This document shows positions 13,870 to 28,809 of a DNA stretch of 64,000 bases, one piece after another. The stretch spans positions 46,748,001-46,812,000 of the forward strand of contig NC_043008.1 of the NCBI RefSeq assembly GCF_006345805.1, written 5' to 3'. The stretch is from Octopus sinensis. Taxonomy: Eukaryota. The notes under the pieces were generated by a model that saw only the letters and a program-made list of their open reading frames with translations, was not told where the DNA came from and made no database searches. Position numbers and translations under genes: made by a program. Every line of letters begins with the position of its first letter. The first letter of the stretch is position 1.

Positions 13870-16817
13870 AGTAGAGTAAGAGAATAGAAGGGCAATGCCA
13901 GCCTCACCGAATTTGGTAATGAACTACAATACATAAATTAATAATAACTCTTTAAAATTTAAAGGGAGGCAAGTGTAAGGAGAATATTGGCAATTAAATT
14001 CTTATTTATGTCAAGAGATTCACGACTAAGCAGAAATATCTTTCAAAGTATGAATTCAGATGAAAATACTAGTATCATAGAGAAAATAAAATTTACACGT
14101 GATATTCATGGTAGATAAGGAATCAACGGAAAGGCATAAAGATATAATATTCATCAAATACAATTTATTTCTTCATACCTTAGTAGACGAAACAAAATGT
14201 GATATCAAATAATGCAAATATTTCTAAATTGTTGATAAAAGTCATGTAATATCTGCAAACTTCAAACGAGATATTATCAAAGGAAAACTACATTACATTC
14301 AACAAGTATAATCCCAAGAAATAAGCAAAATAACAAACACGTTGTCAGAAGAGAAAAATTAATAAAAACAATTTTTATGCATTTTTTTTAGAGAGGGTAA
14401 CATTCAATATAACTTTTTTCAGAAGATAGAAGCAGAAGAAATACATTTAAGAGTACTGTAAGCATTTTCCTTTCGAGATCTTTTTATTTCAATATTGTTT
14501 GCATCCAAATATTTTGCTCGCAGGCGTAACAGAAATATTGAATAACTTCAAAAGTTGCCGCCAGTTTCACATTAAAGTACACACAATTTGTCATTAACAT
14601 ACGTCACAAAAGCTGACATGTTCTTCTTCAGTCGAGTGGGCAGTGGTGAAATGAGTTGTAGAAGCAAAATTGTTAACTGACGGTCATTTCATATTATTTA
14701 TATATTGTCTAAGATACTCGAATAGTACTTTTTTAATCACTGTTTCACAGCAATCAAAATCTTTATCACTTCAGCTGCATCTGTCCTTCCCTTACCTTTC
14801 ATATTCTTTCGTTGTCATCCTCATCGGTATGACCGCCAGTTTGGTTATCATTTCTCAAATCATTACCAGCTTTATACGCAGTCAAACATTTTCTCTCGTC
14901 TTTTTATATATTTCTAGCTTAAGTTACGTATATATGTGCGTATGCATGTATATATGTATATCTGTGAGAGTACATGTGTGCGAGTAAATGTGTACGTCCC
15001 CATACGTGTGTAAGTGTATGCTTGTGATTATGGATATCATAACTGTTTCCGTTTAGACAATTTATATTCAGTATATTTCCTGTTCCCATTTCAATCATGT
15101 GCGTTTTGCTTGGAACAGTGACATTCCTCTCTCCATTAAAGTTACTAGAATGCATTGCCATTATGATATTGTATATAAAGTGGTTGTTAGTGACGCTATT
15201 TTTGTATTGGTGTGTATTTTTTGACAGACGTTTTGTTCAAAGTATGTTCAAGAAACACTGTTAATTTTACAATTAAAAACACATCAACACGAAAACAAGA
15301 TGTGCAGATTGAAAATCAACAATGAATTTCTGCAGTGAATAATCTACCAGTTCGATTCTTTACCCAATTGTATCCCATGCAATATAACTGTGTTTCAAAA
15401 TATACATATTAAAATGCCATATATTATATTACACTGCCACTATATTTTACATGGCTATTCACTGAAATTTCACTATGTTTTCATTGGTATGCACATATAT
15501 ATTTCCAAGGAATTGCTGAGCTATTTTTATTGTTAACTGCCAGCATTTTAGCATCTGAAAAGCATTTACTAATATTTTCTGAAAGTCTCGTGTATGTTCC
15601 CTAAAGAACCAACTTTTCTTCATTTGTTTGACTTTTACTGGAACTGCAATATATCATTTGTTGTGACACCAACCAATCATTATAGCTGTTTCGAATATGA
15701 ATCAAGTATTGTGGCATGACATACATTTGAAAACCTCATACATCTTATTTCTTAGACATTGTTCATTTTGCGTTGTTGTAAAGAGAAATATTATGATTTG
15801 CCGTAATAACGAACGCTTTTAACAAACATCATTTACAGGTTATACAATAATCAGAACCATACTTAGCGAAACAAAACATTCTAACACAAATGATAGAAAA
15901 AAAAAAGCATGGCGTAACTATTGGATATATTTGAATATATTAAATGAAGAGAGAACTTTCTTATCACATTTATGAAGATGGAAGTATTCAGATGAGGAAT
16001 TCTGAAATGCCCGATACTTCGAAAAGAATAATCCATATGAAAGTCCAAAAGTTCGATCTCAGATTCTATACACATTGAGTAAATCTTGATTTGCATTTAA
16101 CGAATTATGTTGCGCAATTATAAAACAAACAGCTATAATAATAATTATAATGGATATCGTTTCGTTATGGTATAGTATCGCAAAAAAGATATGATCGGTC
16201 AAGTATGCATGGACACACACACACACTTATATATGTTAAACCTGATTTTTATCGTCACAATACTACGACCGGGGCTTTTTCGGCCGTCTCTGTGTCTGTC
16301 GCTTTCGATATATTTCTGGGAATTATCAGTCCAAAATTGTATTCACCACTGATAATTTCCCCATTTATTTTATTTATTCCAGTCTTATTCTTGCATTACT
16401 TATTCTCAGATCAGCATGTATGTGTCACGTATTTGTTGTTTTCGTTTCGCCTGATCTAGTGCTATGTTGTTCTTGAGTTTTTCGTCGCATCGTTAGACGG
16501 GGAAGAATGGCACCTGTTCATGAACGTTTGAAATAAAAAAAGTCGAACTTTTTCTTACATGCAGATCCCGTTGCTGAGCGAGGTCAACAAATGTCAAAGA
16601 GAGAAAAAGAGAGAAATATGCAATAATATGTCCTCACTCATACAAACACACATACTTAGCAGTATACCCAATTTGGGTTGAACTAAAATCACTTAAAAAG
16701 TAAACACGGGAGAGAAAGGATAAAAAAGGAATAGAGAAGGCAGGAGCCATGTGCAGCGGGGGAAGACATTTTGAAAACGAGAACGTTACTCGACTAAACC
16801 CCACTGTAATCACGTAC

Positions 16818-16858
16818 CTCCAGGCGTTGACGTTAAAGCGTTTGTGAGGAACTGTCTG
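16818..16858 (-). other. Candidate 41-nt exon (coding status unclear)
   Basis: ttttgtag|CAGACAG...CCTGGAG|gtacgt in a CpG-rich zone; two frames open (QTVPHKRFNVNAW / RQFLTNALTSTPG). Confidence 0.2.
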
Positions 16859-17808
16859 CTACAAAACACTATTAAAAGTAATACTGATGAAGTAGTATCT
16901 AATAATATTTTTTTTTATATTTCCCAAATGTTTTATGTCTAGCAGAGACGGAATTATATTTACAAACATAAAACTGTCAATAGCTTTGCCACATAAATCT
17001 TGTGAAATAAATAAATAAGATATTTTTAAAAACTTTATTTCAATAAAAACGGTATACATGCTTTAGTTTGTTTTATGCGTGATGATTTCCTCAATTTATT
17101 TTAACTGTCACGAAACTGGCGTCCAGAATTCGTTGCAGAAATTTGCAGAAACAGTCCCATTTTTTTATGTGTGGTGTTGTTCATTTCCCACCTCACTGTC
17201 TGCAGTATTCCAATTACTCTGAAAATAATTACAAGAAACAAAATACGTCACAGCATATTTTTTGTGACCATACTGTTTTTCATGTTTACCGTCAACTTCA
17301 ATTCTCGAAGTGTAAATAACTGTTTGGAGCTATCTGAAGAATCTCATTTCTGTGATTGAAGATGTTTTCTATCTTCTCCAAGGTCGCAGAATGGTGAGTA
17401 GTCTTCAGCACAGTATAGCCAAAGTTGGCTAATATTGGGAGAGAAAATTACCACCGGTCTTTGCTTATGAAAGTACTACATTTACATTTACGCGGAACCA
17501 AAAACAGAATTCGAAATCGGATTGTCAAAACAAATACGGGATTCCATCTCTCTGACTATACGGACACTTCAACCTACTATCTCTTTATATAAGATTTAAC
17601 AGGGAGGAATGGTCCGATTATATATGTGTGTGTCTCTGTGTTTGTGCAGATTTTATATATTAAGATTTTATATATTAAGGAAAAGGGAAGTTTGGATCAT
17701 TCTTTGTTAGCGGTTTCGTCGATTTATTGAGTTTCCCAAGATATACCTGTAACGTCTCCACGAATGAGACGTAAAATTCTGACTACCTCCTCTTCCTCCT
17801 TCACCTCC

Positions 17809-17888
<80 letters not shown>

Positions 17889-19299
17889 TACAGACATCGC
17901 CAGTTGCATTGCAAGTTTCCTCTAGTTTGCAAACTCTTTTATGATACCTGAATTATTTTTACGATCTATATCACTTTATAGGTACGTTTTAATATTTTTA
18001 CTTTGGGATTTCTATTTCAAGTTATATTGAAAAGAATTTATCAGCAGGCAAGAGATAAAATACTAGATATCTGTGAGCTGTTTAAGTTTCAGCTCCGTTG
18101 ATGAATATAAGCAATAACAGTTTCACACAGGAACATATTGTTGGAATTATTTCGTTTGACATAACAACTAGCTATTCAAGTTGCCTTGTCAATTAAATCT
18201 TCCATACAAAATTCGCCCAACATTTTAATATGCATGTCGATTCCTTTATATTATTCTATGCAATGTAAACTCCGCGTATAATAAAGCCATGTTTGTCGCG
18301 TAAACTTCATTTATTTTACTTCCTTATGTAGTTGTGTTCTGTAAACTATTGACGACTAATAAAAATGGATGAATATCAGCAACAATAAAAATCTTTTAGC
18401 AAACAATCAGAAGGAATATTGAATGAAGAGACGTCGATATAAGAAGGATCTCTGTTAAGAAAGCAGTGTTAGTAAGATATGAGAAACGGAACGCAAATAT
18501 CATAAATCTCTATCGAAATCGACAATAGATATGTTTTTGTATCGCATTCCGCTTTTCTGACTGTTTGAAACACTCACTCTATATTATTTAGCCATTGAAG
18601 CAAAGATAATAAAACAAATGTAACTGTAGAGAAAATACAAAAATACAAAGGAATACCATCATAACCAGCTGATTTCGCAGAAGTGCGTGTTTTCTCCTGA
18701 GAACAAACAATTGAATGAATATGTTTGCATCGCTTTGCTCTCTGTTTATTATAAACTCAACGGATTTGTTAAACGGACTTTAACTCCCTTAAATTTATAT
18801 TGGATTTATTATCGGTTATGTAGTAATCACATATAATTGGAGTTGAAATATAGAATTGAACAAGAGATGCAAGCCAAATAGTAAATACTTTAATACGGTC
18901 CTATTGCTAGAATCGTCTGTCAAAAATGTATGTTGTGGTTATCAAAACTGAAGGAAAATTTGACAGGGCCACAGTGTATGTAATTCGAAGTATTAACACA
19001 AGAGAGATAGTGAAAGATTCAGGAAAATATAATTAAACCGCAGGATTTTGTTATCAACACAAGTAGAGATAAATTCATAGTCCGATATCAGACACTTGTA
19101 ATCCATTTAGAATCATGATCGATGAATTTGACTGCTGACCCAAATAGTAAAAACCGAACGCAAACGATGTTTCAAACAGACTCTGTCAGTGAGAACAACA
19201 ACGATTCAATACTTGATATCCGTCTCTAACTGTACGCGGCCAAATCACCTCGTTTATATGGTTTTCACTATGGAAACTACGTTAGAATGCCAAATATGT

Positions 19300-19745
19300 T
19301 TGTTGTCATTTTCGCTGACGAATCCTGTAGACCTCTACAGAATGTTTAATCCCCAATTATGTGAACCGAGGAGTTGTAGAGATGCTAAGGACTTCTTTCC
19401 TAACATGTTTTATGTAGGTCATCTTTGTAACCAATCTCCGATCGGGGACCAAGCTCTGACCGTGGTTAGGCGTTTAGAGTCCAGAATGTTGTCCGATAAA
19501 TTCCTCTTTATTCCAAAACGAGTAAGCTTAGATGACACGAACCTTCCTAAGTATCTTGACTGTCCCGAATAGCACTGTTTCTGGAGTTGCACTAAACTAG
19601 ATTTGTGCCTGTCTCCTCTATCCATCTGTTTGAATCTTTACGGTTAGTTCTAAAAGCATCTATAAATACAGGAATACATTTTATCCGCACTTTCCAAAGC
19701 TGCCGGAACCCCATGGCTAGATCCTGGTATTTTGTGATAATCCTA
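19300..19745 (-). mobile_element. R4/Dong-type retrotransposon 3' fragment (decayed)
   Basis: Minus translation TKYQDLAMGFRQLWKVRIKCIPVFI...QLQK(fs)TVLFGTVKILRKV*, the RLE C-terminus; left boundary uncertain. Confidence 0.65.
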
Positions 19746-19753
19746 GTTTCCTA

Positions 19754-20545
19754 GCAGTGAAGCCATCAAAGTAACTCTGGGGTACAAACATACGAAGCCC
19801 GATATACCCATCATGTCTACCTGTCTATCAAGTTGACACTAGGCTCATGCATCGCAACTATATGTGCGCGGCATGATGATTTCATATCAAGATAGACAAC
19901 TCCTGACTTTGCAGGAGGGGGCACAATTAGGATTTTCTTCAGGTTGAGCCCATCTCCCTCAAAAGGACCTTGAATAAGGGTTGTTTAAGGATGTTGAACG
20001 AAACACGCATGTTTCAAGACATGAATTATTTAAACACTAAAGAATTGTTCTGAACACATGACTGGTCATCCTCCTTCACTCTTTATACTCGTGATCAGAG
20101 ATCGACGTATAGTCAACTACCAAGAGACATGCTCAACTGGTGAAGACCAAGCAACTGACTAGCAAATTTGTTGTAATGAGCAAGAATATTTGCTGTGTCG
20201 CAACCTTTTTATACCAAGACAAAACATGTACGCGATAATACTTCCAATCAGTTCTGATCCAGTAGCCACGAATGCCAATGCCTTGCATTGCATTGCATCA
20301 TTCCGTTTATTCTTATTGTGAGAAAGCAACGCATGCTATGAAAGTGAGACTGGAGTAAAACATACAAAGCCCATTATCTATTAACACTCAACTGGTTAAG
20401 GTCAAGCAAATATGTGGTATTGAGCAGAATATTTACTGAAGCCCATCTTTGATACCAAGAAAAAACAATGCACATGATGATACTTCCATTCATTTAGGAT
20501 CAAAAGCAATTAGAGTCACTGCCTGACTCTGCATCAGGGCATTAA
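19754..20545. mobile_element. Non-coding repeat family C (one diverged copy plus a second partial end)
   Basis: Aligns by eye with 40557-41115 (gccatcaaag...ctgcatcagggc); ends in (ATT)n. Confidence 0.8.
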
Positions 20546-20574
20546 TTATTATTATGAATAAATGCATCAGCGAA

Positions 20575-21740
20575 ATTATTATTATTATTAGTTATTGACT
20601 TTGAACAGCTACAGATGTACTACGGTGCCAACTGTTCACTAATAGTGAACTACCGTAACACCCCTTTCGAGCATCACCTGGAGTATTTGAGCGGTTCCAA
20701 GCAGTGCTGTTTTCTGCAAGAGCTCCACACTTATTGCAGCTACTATTTGTTCCATGTACTTCTCAGGATTTTTACTCACACTTCCCAGAGCTCACTACGT
20801 TGCAAACGTTTGTGAAATGCTTCAGTGCTAATCCACATACATCTGCATGGCATGGAGTTGTATTCGCCCGTCCCATAGAGCAGAGAACTGATTGCTGGCT
20901 TCGTTAACTTGTCTTTCCTCCCCTACCGAATCCATCAACGGTTCTACTTCGTATCCTTCCTCAGGTGTCTAAGCTGTAACAATCCAACATTTGTTTGGTT
21001 AATTGTTGATTTCCATCCACATTGCCTTTGCTTCACTCGCAAATCTATCGTTTAATTTACCAATCTAATTGCAATTTTGATGGCACTCCACCATCAGATT
21101 TTGATGACACACCAATTAATAGTAGATGAGAATGCCCTACTAATGAGTGTTACCGATCTTTCGCTTCAACCATCGACTAAGTAGTCCATTAATAATTCAG
21201 CGGTTAAATTCTGTGCAAACTGGGAAGAACATATTGGGCTACCAGGAGGAAGGTTTATGTCGATGCATTTTATACAGGTTGAAAGTGAAGGTAAGTAATT
21301 TGTGTTGTTTGCATCCAATCAGGTGAATTTGTTGACGCAGGTACATCTCAGTTCAGTTAATCAATACACGATCCAGATATCTAGACATGACACGTTTTTG
21401 TTGTTGCTTGTACGTTGTGGAGAAATATTTGATGCGTGCCACACAGCCGGAAGCACATTGGCAGGTTGGCAACCCCTTTTCATTACTGCGTCTTAACGTC
21501 TACTCCTATACTGCATATATCCTGTAAATATCCTGCCATTCTTTCATAGATTACTACTAGTCTGAAAGAAGCACTTTAGCCACTCCTCACATCCTAGGCC
21601 AGGAAGCTATCTTCCGAGTCCAGAAAGATTGTCTTTGATATTCAGCCATTTCCAAAACAATGATGCTAGATAGGCACGCGCTTCAGGCTGGCTAAGGAAC
21701 GCGTAAAACTTGACAAATGTCAATTGGTGCAACAACTATA
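20575..21740 (-). mobile_element. R4/Dong-type retrotransposon, decayed 3' part with (TAA)n tail
   Basis: Minus translation LGSVSKNPEKYMEQIVAAISVELLQKTALLGTAQILQVMLE, short 3'UTR, then taataataa at 20575-20590. Confidence 0.7.
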
Positions 21741-22107
21741 ATAATAATATTTATGCTATTAATAATTTTACCAGAATATAATGGTACGAAGAATAAAATG
21801 CAGTAGAATATAACAACTTCAAAAGCAAGTCTTTACATTCTACTTGCCTCTGGGAAGGTAATAAGGTTATGATATTGTTGATCATTGTTAGAAAGATGGG
21901 AAGAGAGAAATAAGTCTGAGAATAGATATTGAAAATCTTAAGTTGGGAGTGAGCTGTATAGGAATCAAATAAAATTAAGCTCTCCGAGAATTATCCGGAA
22001 TATCCTCAAATCAATATAAGAATATATAAGAATAAAGAAAATGAGTAGAAAATAATTTTTCTATAAAAGGTGCGAAATGCTCCGCGTCCCGGACCACGAG
22101 TTTAGGG

Positions 22108-24015
22108 TTCCTCGAAACACTAGCCATTAACAAAGTAGCACCAACAATCATAAAATTCATAGGGCACTCTATGAATAAATGGCAAACACTGCTACAGCTC
22201 CAAACAAAAGAGGGACTCATGAAAACCAAAGACATCCCGATTCGAAGAGGAATATTCCAGGGAGACACGCTTTTCTGCTTGGCACTGTCACCTCTATCTG
22301 ATATGCTAAATAGAACTGGATGCGGATATAAATGTTACGGCAAAACGATCAGCCACCTTTTATATATGGATGACCTAAAACTATACGCTGCAAATGACAA
22401 ACAGCTGGAAACACTATTAAAGACAGTTCATGGATTTACCAAAGAAATAGATATGAAATTTGGATTAGAAAAATGCGCCAAAGTAACCATGAAAAGAGGA
22501 AAACTAGTTAAGAGTAACAACATCACACTAGATGAAGCAAATGAAATAAAAGAATTAGACCAAAGCCAAACTTACAAATACTTAGGAATCCATGAACTAG
22601 ATAAGACACAACACACACAAATGAAAGAGAAAATAAAAAAGAGAATATTATAGACGAGTTAGATCAATACTAAAAACAGAGCTCAATGCTAAAAACAAGA
22701 TAATAGGTATCAACACTTTAGCTGTCCCAGTTATAAGTTACAGCTACAATATCCTTAACTGGACACTAAATGAAATGACCAAAATAGATAGGAAAACAAG
22801 AAAAATAATGACAGGATCTAGGATGCATCACCCAAAATCTGACATAGAAGGACTATATATAGAACGTGTAGAAGGTGGTAGAAGCCTTATACAACTGGAA
22901 AACTACTATAAAATAACCACCATAGGACTGCAAAAATATCTACTTCAGAAGGAAGGAAAACTTATACAAATAGCGGCAAAACACGAGCAAAACAAAAAAA
23001 CTGTTCTCAGTATTTAAGGAAGCTGACAAATACAAACAAGAAATCATACTACCTAATAAATATGAAGTAGAAGAAGATGAAGAAACAACAAAAGCTATAA
23101 AACAAATGAAATCCAAACTAAAAATAGAACAGCAACGAACCATGATAAAACGATGGCTAGAAAAGCCCCTTCATGGTAAATCCTGGACTAAACTAAACGC
23201 AAAAGAAATAGACAAAGAAAAATCCCAGCAATGGTTGAGAAGCTCAGGACTCAAAGCAGAAACAGAGGGATTTTTAATTGCAGCACAAGACCAAAGCCTC
23301 CCCACCAGAAATTACCAAAAACATATAATGAAAAGAAATATAACAAGTAACTGCAGAATATGTGGAGATGGACAAGAAACAATAAATCATATTATCTCTA
23401 GCTGCCCAGTCCTGGCTAAGAAGGAATATATTCACAGACATGACAAAGTTGGAACCTACATACACTGGAAGCTATGCCAACATTATGGAATAAAAAAAGA
23501 AAAAAGATGGTATAGGCACACACCAGAAAAGGTCACAGAAAACGAGAAAGCAACCATACTCTGGGATATGCCGATACAAACAGATAGAGAAATTAAGGCC
23601 AACAGACCAGATATAGTTGTCAGAGATCATGAAGAAAAAAAATGCTTTCTAATTGATGTATCAATACCGGCAGATGACAACGTGTCTCTAAAAGAAATGG
23701 AGAAACTCTCAAAATACAAAGACCTGGAAATAGAGGTAACCAGAATGTGGAATCTAAAAACAGAAACAATTCCTATCATAGTAGCTGCATCAGGCATGAT
23801 AAAAAAATATTCAGACAAATACATAACAAAAACACCAGGACTTACAAACACATATAACATACAGAAGATTGCACTACTAGGCACTGCACACATCCTACGC
23901 AGAACACTTTCCATACAATAACCATCAGAGCATCACAACAAATCACAGCACATAACCAAGGCACATAGAGCTGCGCTCGGTAGTGAAGTGAAAGCACGCT
24001 ATAAAAATAAAACTA

Positions 24016-24067
<52 letters not shown>
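22108..24067 (+). mobile_element. R4/Dong-clade non-LTR retrotransposon family A, 5'-truncated; RT, CCHC finger, restriction-like endonuclease, (TAA)n tail
   Basis: ORFs 22171-22653 (GIFQGD, YMDDLKLY near 22363, YKYLG), 22775-23017 (HPKSD...LY...GGR), 23106-23921 (CRICGDGQETINHIISSC, RHD, RPDIVV, IDVSIP, KYKDL, QKIALLGTAHILR); frameshifts and a deletion after QGDT; tail 24019-24067. Confidence 0.93.
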
Positions 24068-26478
24068 GGAAAACAGCAAAAAATAAACAAGAAACAATGT
24101 ACTGGTCCCAGTAAATAAGATTGACACTTATTCTATGGAGTAAGTTGATCATACATATTGTGAAGGAAACTGTGTAAATATAATGGATAATTTGAAAAGA
24201 AAAAATAAATGAAACAACCTCAACATGTATAATTAATACTAATTCTATATAAAGGTATGGCATGAGGTAATTACGCACAAACCATATCGTTTAAATAATT
24301 AAAATGTGCAAGTAATATAGTAAAAAGCATTCGATACATACAATGGATTCTTTGCAGACCACGTTTGCACAGATGCTGTAATGCTATCATTTTACAGAGA
24401 TGTCCTCTGTTAAAAAGTACATTTATTAAATTTGTATACATTGCTGGTAAAACAGGTTTATTTGTCTGGAGTTGGTGTTGCTGTTTCTATTGCAGAATTA
24501 ATATTGGTTTTATTTTCTGACTTCCAGTCAAGCATTACCAACAATTTCAACAGTCGTTCACTAAATGCTGAGGGACTACTTCAGACATGAACGTTGCATG
24601 TTACCAACGTATATCAGTTTCAAGAGAGTTCGAGTTTATTTGCATCTACAACTTCGGTAATTCTAGGTATTCTTGTAGTTCCTTCTTTTCTAATCCATTT
24701 GAAACATCAATGGGGTTGTCTTTTTTGGTTCTATATGCTTCTCAAATACCAATATTTTACTGATATTGATGTTATATTTTCTAACGTTATATTCTTATAT
24801 TTTTATTAATGATCGAATATATTTTCAGTATTTGTTTGAAAACTACCGGTTAGTAATTCAATTAATGATCAATTCAATATTTATTATATTTATTTCCATT
24901 TGATGACTCTTTAGGTGACGTTTTTATTTCACAGGGTGGAACCTATGTTTCCGAGATACTACAATAACGACGATTTCATGTCATCGTGGAAATCATCATT
25001 ACGACGTATTTGCTTACCCATAGTTTACTGATCGAGTTTTTATACGTTCAGAGAAGAGGCAGTTATTCAGATTTCCTGTTATTTCTTCATCATTTTTGAC
25101 CATATTCCGTTTGTGTTGTTATTAATGTTATGTCTCATTGTGCTTATTGTTTTGATTGTTCCAGAGACAATGTTTTTTTTTGTCTTATTCTGTATTTTCA
25201 TTATGAATTGTATTACGATCTTTTGATTTCGTCGTCAGTTTATACCGGTAAATGGCGATCTTTTGCTGTGTGGAGTCAGTTTTCTTGCAATGGTTTTATT
25301 GTGTTCAGTTCGCTTCAAAGACTCGAAGCTGTATGGCTATGTTTACCTTGGATGAACTCATAATATAATTAACCAACAAGAATGCAACCAGATGGCACAG
25401 TCTAGTATACAAGTGTCAGACAGAAATTAAATGTGAATACATTGTATATAATACCTTAATAAACAATATTTGTGGATGCATAATTCTCCATTTTTAAAGT
25501 CTTAAACATACACTCCGTACACAGAACAAAATACTAACACGTCCTGCGAATATATTTCATAAGTACAGATCGTTTAACAATTTTTCTTCAATTTATCATT
25601 GTTTATATTCGTAGGTGTGACTTCAGGAAGTGATGGTTACTGGTTATTTATTGTGCCGTAGTTGGCTGATTTTATTGAGATTGTCTATGAAAATATTTTC
25701 CTTGGTTGCGTCAATAAATAACTTAAACAACCCCCGAGGACGTGTAATGGAAGGAATTATTGTCGAACAAAAAGACAATCAGATTTGGCCATATATAGTT
25801 AACAGCATCCATCATTAAAGACTGTGAGAGCGATACTGTCCTGAGATTACAGAAAGCTATCGGTAGAGTAATAAGCGGTTGCCCCGTTATATCTGAAACC
25901 AACTTTGACGATGGAAATCTTTGGTCATCTGCCTTCGACGGTTAGTGTTGGACATCTACACATATATCGCTGGGCTGTCTTTAACATTTTGCCTATAAGA
26001 GGTGAGATGTGTAAATGAATCGGCCACTGCCAATGCCTTGCAAAGGGTTTAGGCGCCAAACCAGCTTTTTTATAGGCTTCAAGAAGAACGTTCTAGAAAA
26101 CGAAATCACGGAGTAGGTCCATGCTGATAACTTGCTTCATAGACCAATCAACTGACTCCACAGTGGTTGGCTCGTTGCGTCTGACCTGTTATCTAACGGC
26201 TGGAGTTTTGAATCACCGCTACATCTTAGGTGTTTTAGCGTTTTACTTTCATCTTAGCGGATACTTCTTGAAAACGATACATTTTCGTCTTGAAACATAA
26301 TTTATGAGATATCAATTTATTCAAAGTCATACTTGAATATGTTGTTTACTTCAATATCAGATCGAGTCAAGTGACATTTTTTAAAGTCTTTTCGAATCAA
26401 AATTATTATATATTATATATTCGACCGTTTGATTTGCCTAATAGTGGTTTTATCTCTAACTTAATATAATATAATATA

Positions 26479-26511
<33 letters not shown>

Positions 26512-26524
26512 ATATACACACAAA

Positions 26525-27300
26525 CACAGAGTGCAGTGAATAAAATGTCGTCTAAATTATGGGAAAATGAAAATAACACTGACATCTCATTTTAACAGAT
26601 ATATTTACCAATAGTACATAAAAATATCTTGAAATACTAAATACTAAATTTCTTCAATAAAATTGCCAATGGCTTCAACCACGGCCTTCAGACGACTTCG
26701 GAATCTCCTGCACTTTTCTGGGCCGTCTCTTTGTTTAACTTGGTGAATGCTGCTAAAATCCTTGCCTTCAGCTCATGCCTGGTATTACAAGACTTGTTGG
26801 TCTCTCGCTCAGCTGGGCCCCACGCATAATAATCAAGGGGGTTGTTTGATATCCATGACTGAGTTCTACTGTGTATGTGGTGTGGAGCAGAGTCATGTTG
26901 TCAGACATAGTGTCTTCCAGCATCCATCCTCTTCACTCAGGACAGTACTACCTCATTCAGACACTTGCTGTAGGCATCTACGTTGACTTGGAGGCCGTGT
27001 GGGAAGAGGAATGGAGGCATAACGTTACCATCTCTAGCGATCACTCCAAGCACCACAATGTTGACTGGATGTTTCATCATTTATCCCTCTCAGTACATGC
27101 ACCGTCCTCCAAACACTCTGAAATTTTCGTACTGGAGCTTCCGGTGCGTGTCCGTGCTATTCTAATACGGCAAGTTGTAATATTTAAGAAAGTATACGAA
27201 CAGGTTATAGTCGTCTGGAGTGTAGAATGTAGTGGTCTTCATTTCAATATCGCCAGTTGTAAAATATTTCCCGATGTATGTCGTATGCAGTTTCATTCTT
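26525..27300 (-). mobile_element. Decayed Tc1/mariner-superfamily transposon (maT/DD37D-like transposase)
   Basis: Minus translation KHPVNIVVLGVIARDGNVMPPFLFPHGL...QHDSAPHH...PLDYYAWG...ELKARI...(fs)RRFRSRLKAVVEAIGNFIE*, with stops and an internal deletion. Confidence 0.8.
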
Positions 27301-28752
27301 CTTTCCTAATTATAGCAGATCTGTGTCCCAGACCGGATGTGCTCCATTTTTTATATGTGAGCCTTACGTTTATGTACGAATTTATGCATTTGTTCTCGTT
27401 CGGAATAATTGATACATGAACCATCCTCGCATCGAATCTCCTACGCATCACTGAAATGATTATCCAGGACTACATTCATTTTCTTGTAGTCATGCATTTC
27501 CATGCCCGAAAGAATTATAATATATTTATTGCCTATCACTAATTGTCGGACATTAACATTCAATGAATTTATAATATTTGTAACTAGCGTGAGGAATGTA
27601 TCTAACATGTATGTGATAGACGTTCGACCTTGAATGCAAACTACCAATCTGATATTGTACTACAGTGTATATATCTGGTAACGTCTAGTTGAGAAACACT
27701 TCTCCTTAGTCGCACAGTTGGGCTCCAGTTATTTCGTTCTTAGGTTATAATATGGAGAACATGTTTTGCGAGCTGTGCTATTTAACAAATGTTGAATGGC
27801 TGCGAACATAAAAGTAGTTTAGAGCAATTTAATTTATATTTATAGATGGAATATTTCTTCATTATTAGAATCAGTACTATTCCTAGCAGCAGCAGTAGCA
27901 TCGGTAGTATCGCATATTTTAATGATACCAAAATATTAATGTCTTGAGAAATACTGACATGTTTCCTCAGCCTCTAGCAATGCATGTTCGGAGGAATTGC
28001 TCTGAATCCAGCTTGACATGTTCCTATGAAAACTGTTTTATGATTGCTGTCGAATGTGTATGAGAAAGTTGCTCTTCGTATAGTTAAGATGAGGTGAAAG
28101 TTAACGTCCCTTTGTCAATATAAGAAATATTCACTTGTCTCTACAAGGCAATTGTTATCTTTACTATTTCCTTAGATTTACATCCTGCTATATTTGATAT
28201 CTCAAAACTTATTATGTTGCATGAAGTGTGTGGTTGTCAGAGCTTAGTGTGATTACACCAGAAGTTCATTCCTTTCTCATATGATCACTTTGTCAATCGA
28301 TTTCTTATTAATCGTTATAAGTCATTTTTACATAAGTTAACGATTTGCAAGCGTTCTATGTTCGCACGAAAAATAATGAACAGTTGCTTCTACTGCCCCA
28401 CAAATATTAATTCCTATTCTATTTTTGTCTTTTAAGCATTCATCTTCATTTTAATAACGCTTTTATCGAATGACACTGATCTTTTAACTGCGGCTGTTGT
28501 ACAAATATCTTTCTGGAATAAAGGTACTTTACTCAACCCATTAATCCAACATCCTCCTTTTTTTAAATTCATTTCTAATGTATTTTTCCCTGTTACATGT
28601 CTGTTAATGTATATGAAAGCACGTACGAGTTGCAGCGAGATGGATGCAAAGCGTAAAGTAGCTTAAAGTGATTAACTATTGTCTTTAAATCTTTCAGTCT
28701 AAAAATAATGCTTCATTACTGTAACCAATCTATGTATGATTAACATCTTTCT

Positions 28753-28809
<57 letters not shown>

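Noticed and set aside
21201-21290. Clean-looking 90-nt plus-strand exon with AG|GTAAGT donor (AVKFCANWEEHIGLPGGRF...)
   Set aside because: Lies inside the antisense strand of the decayed R4 element at 20575-21740
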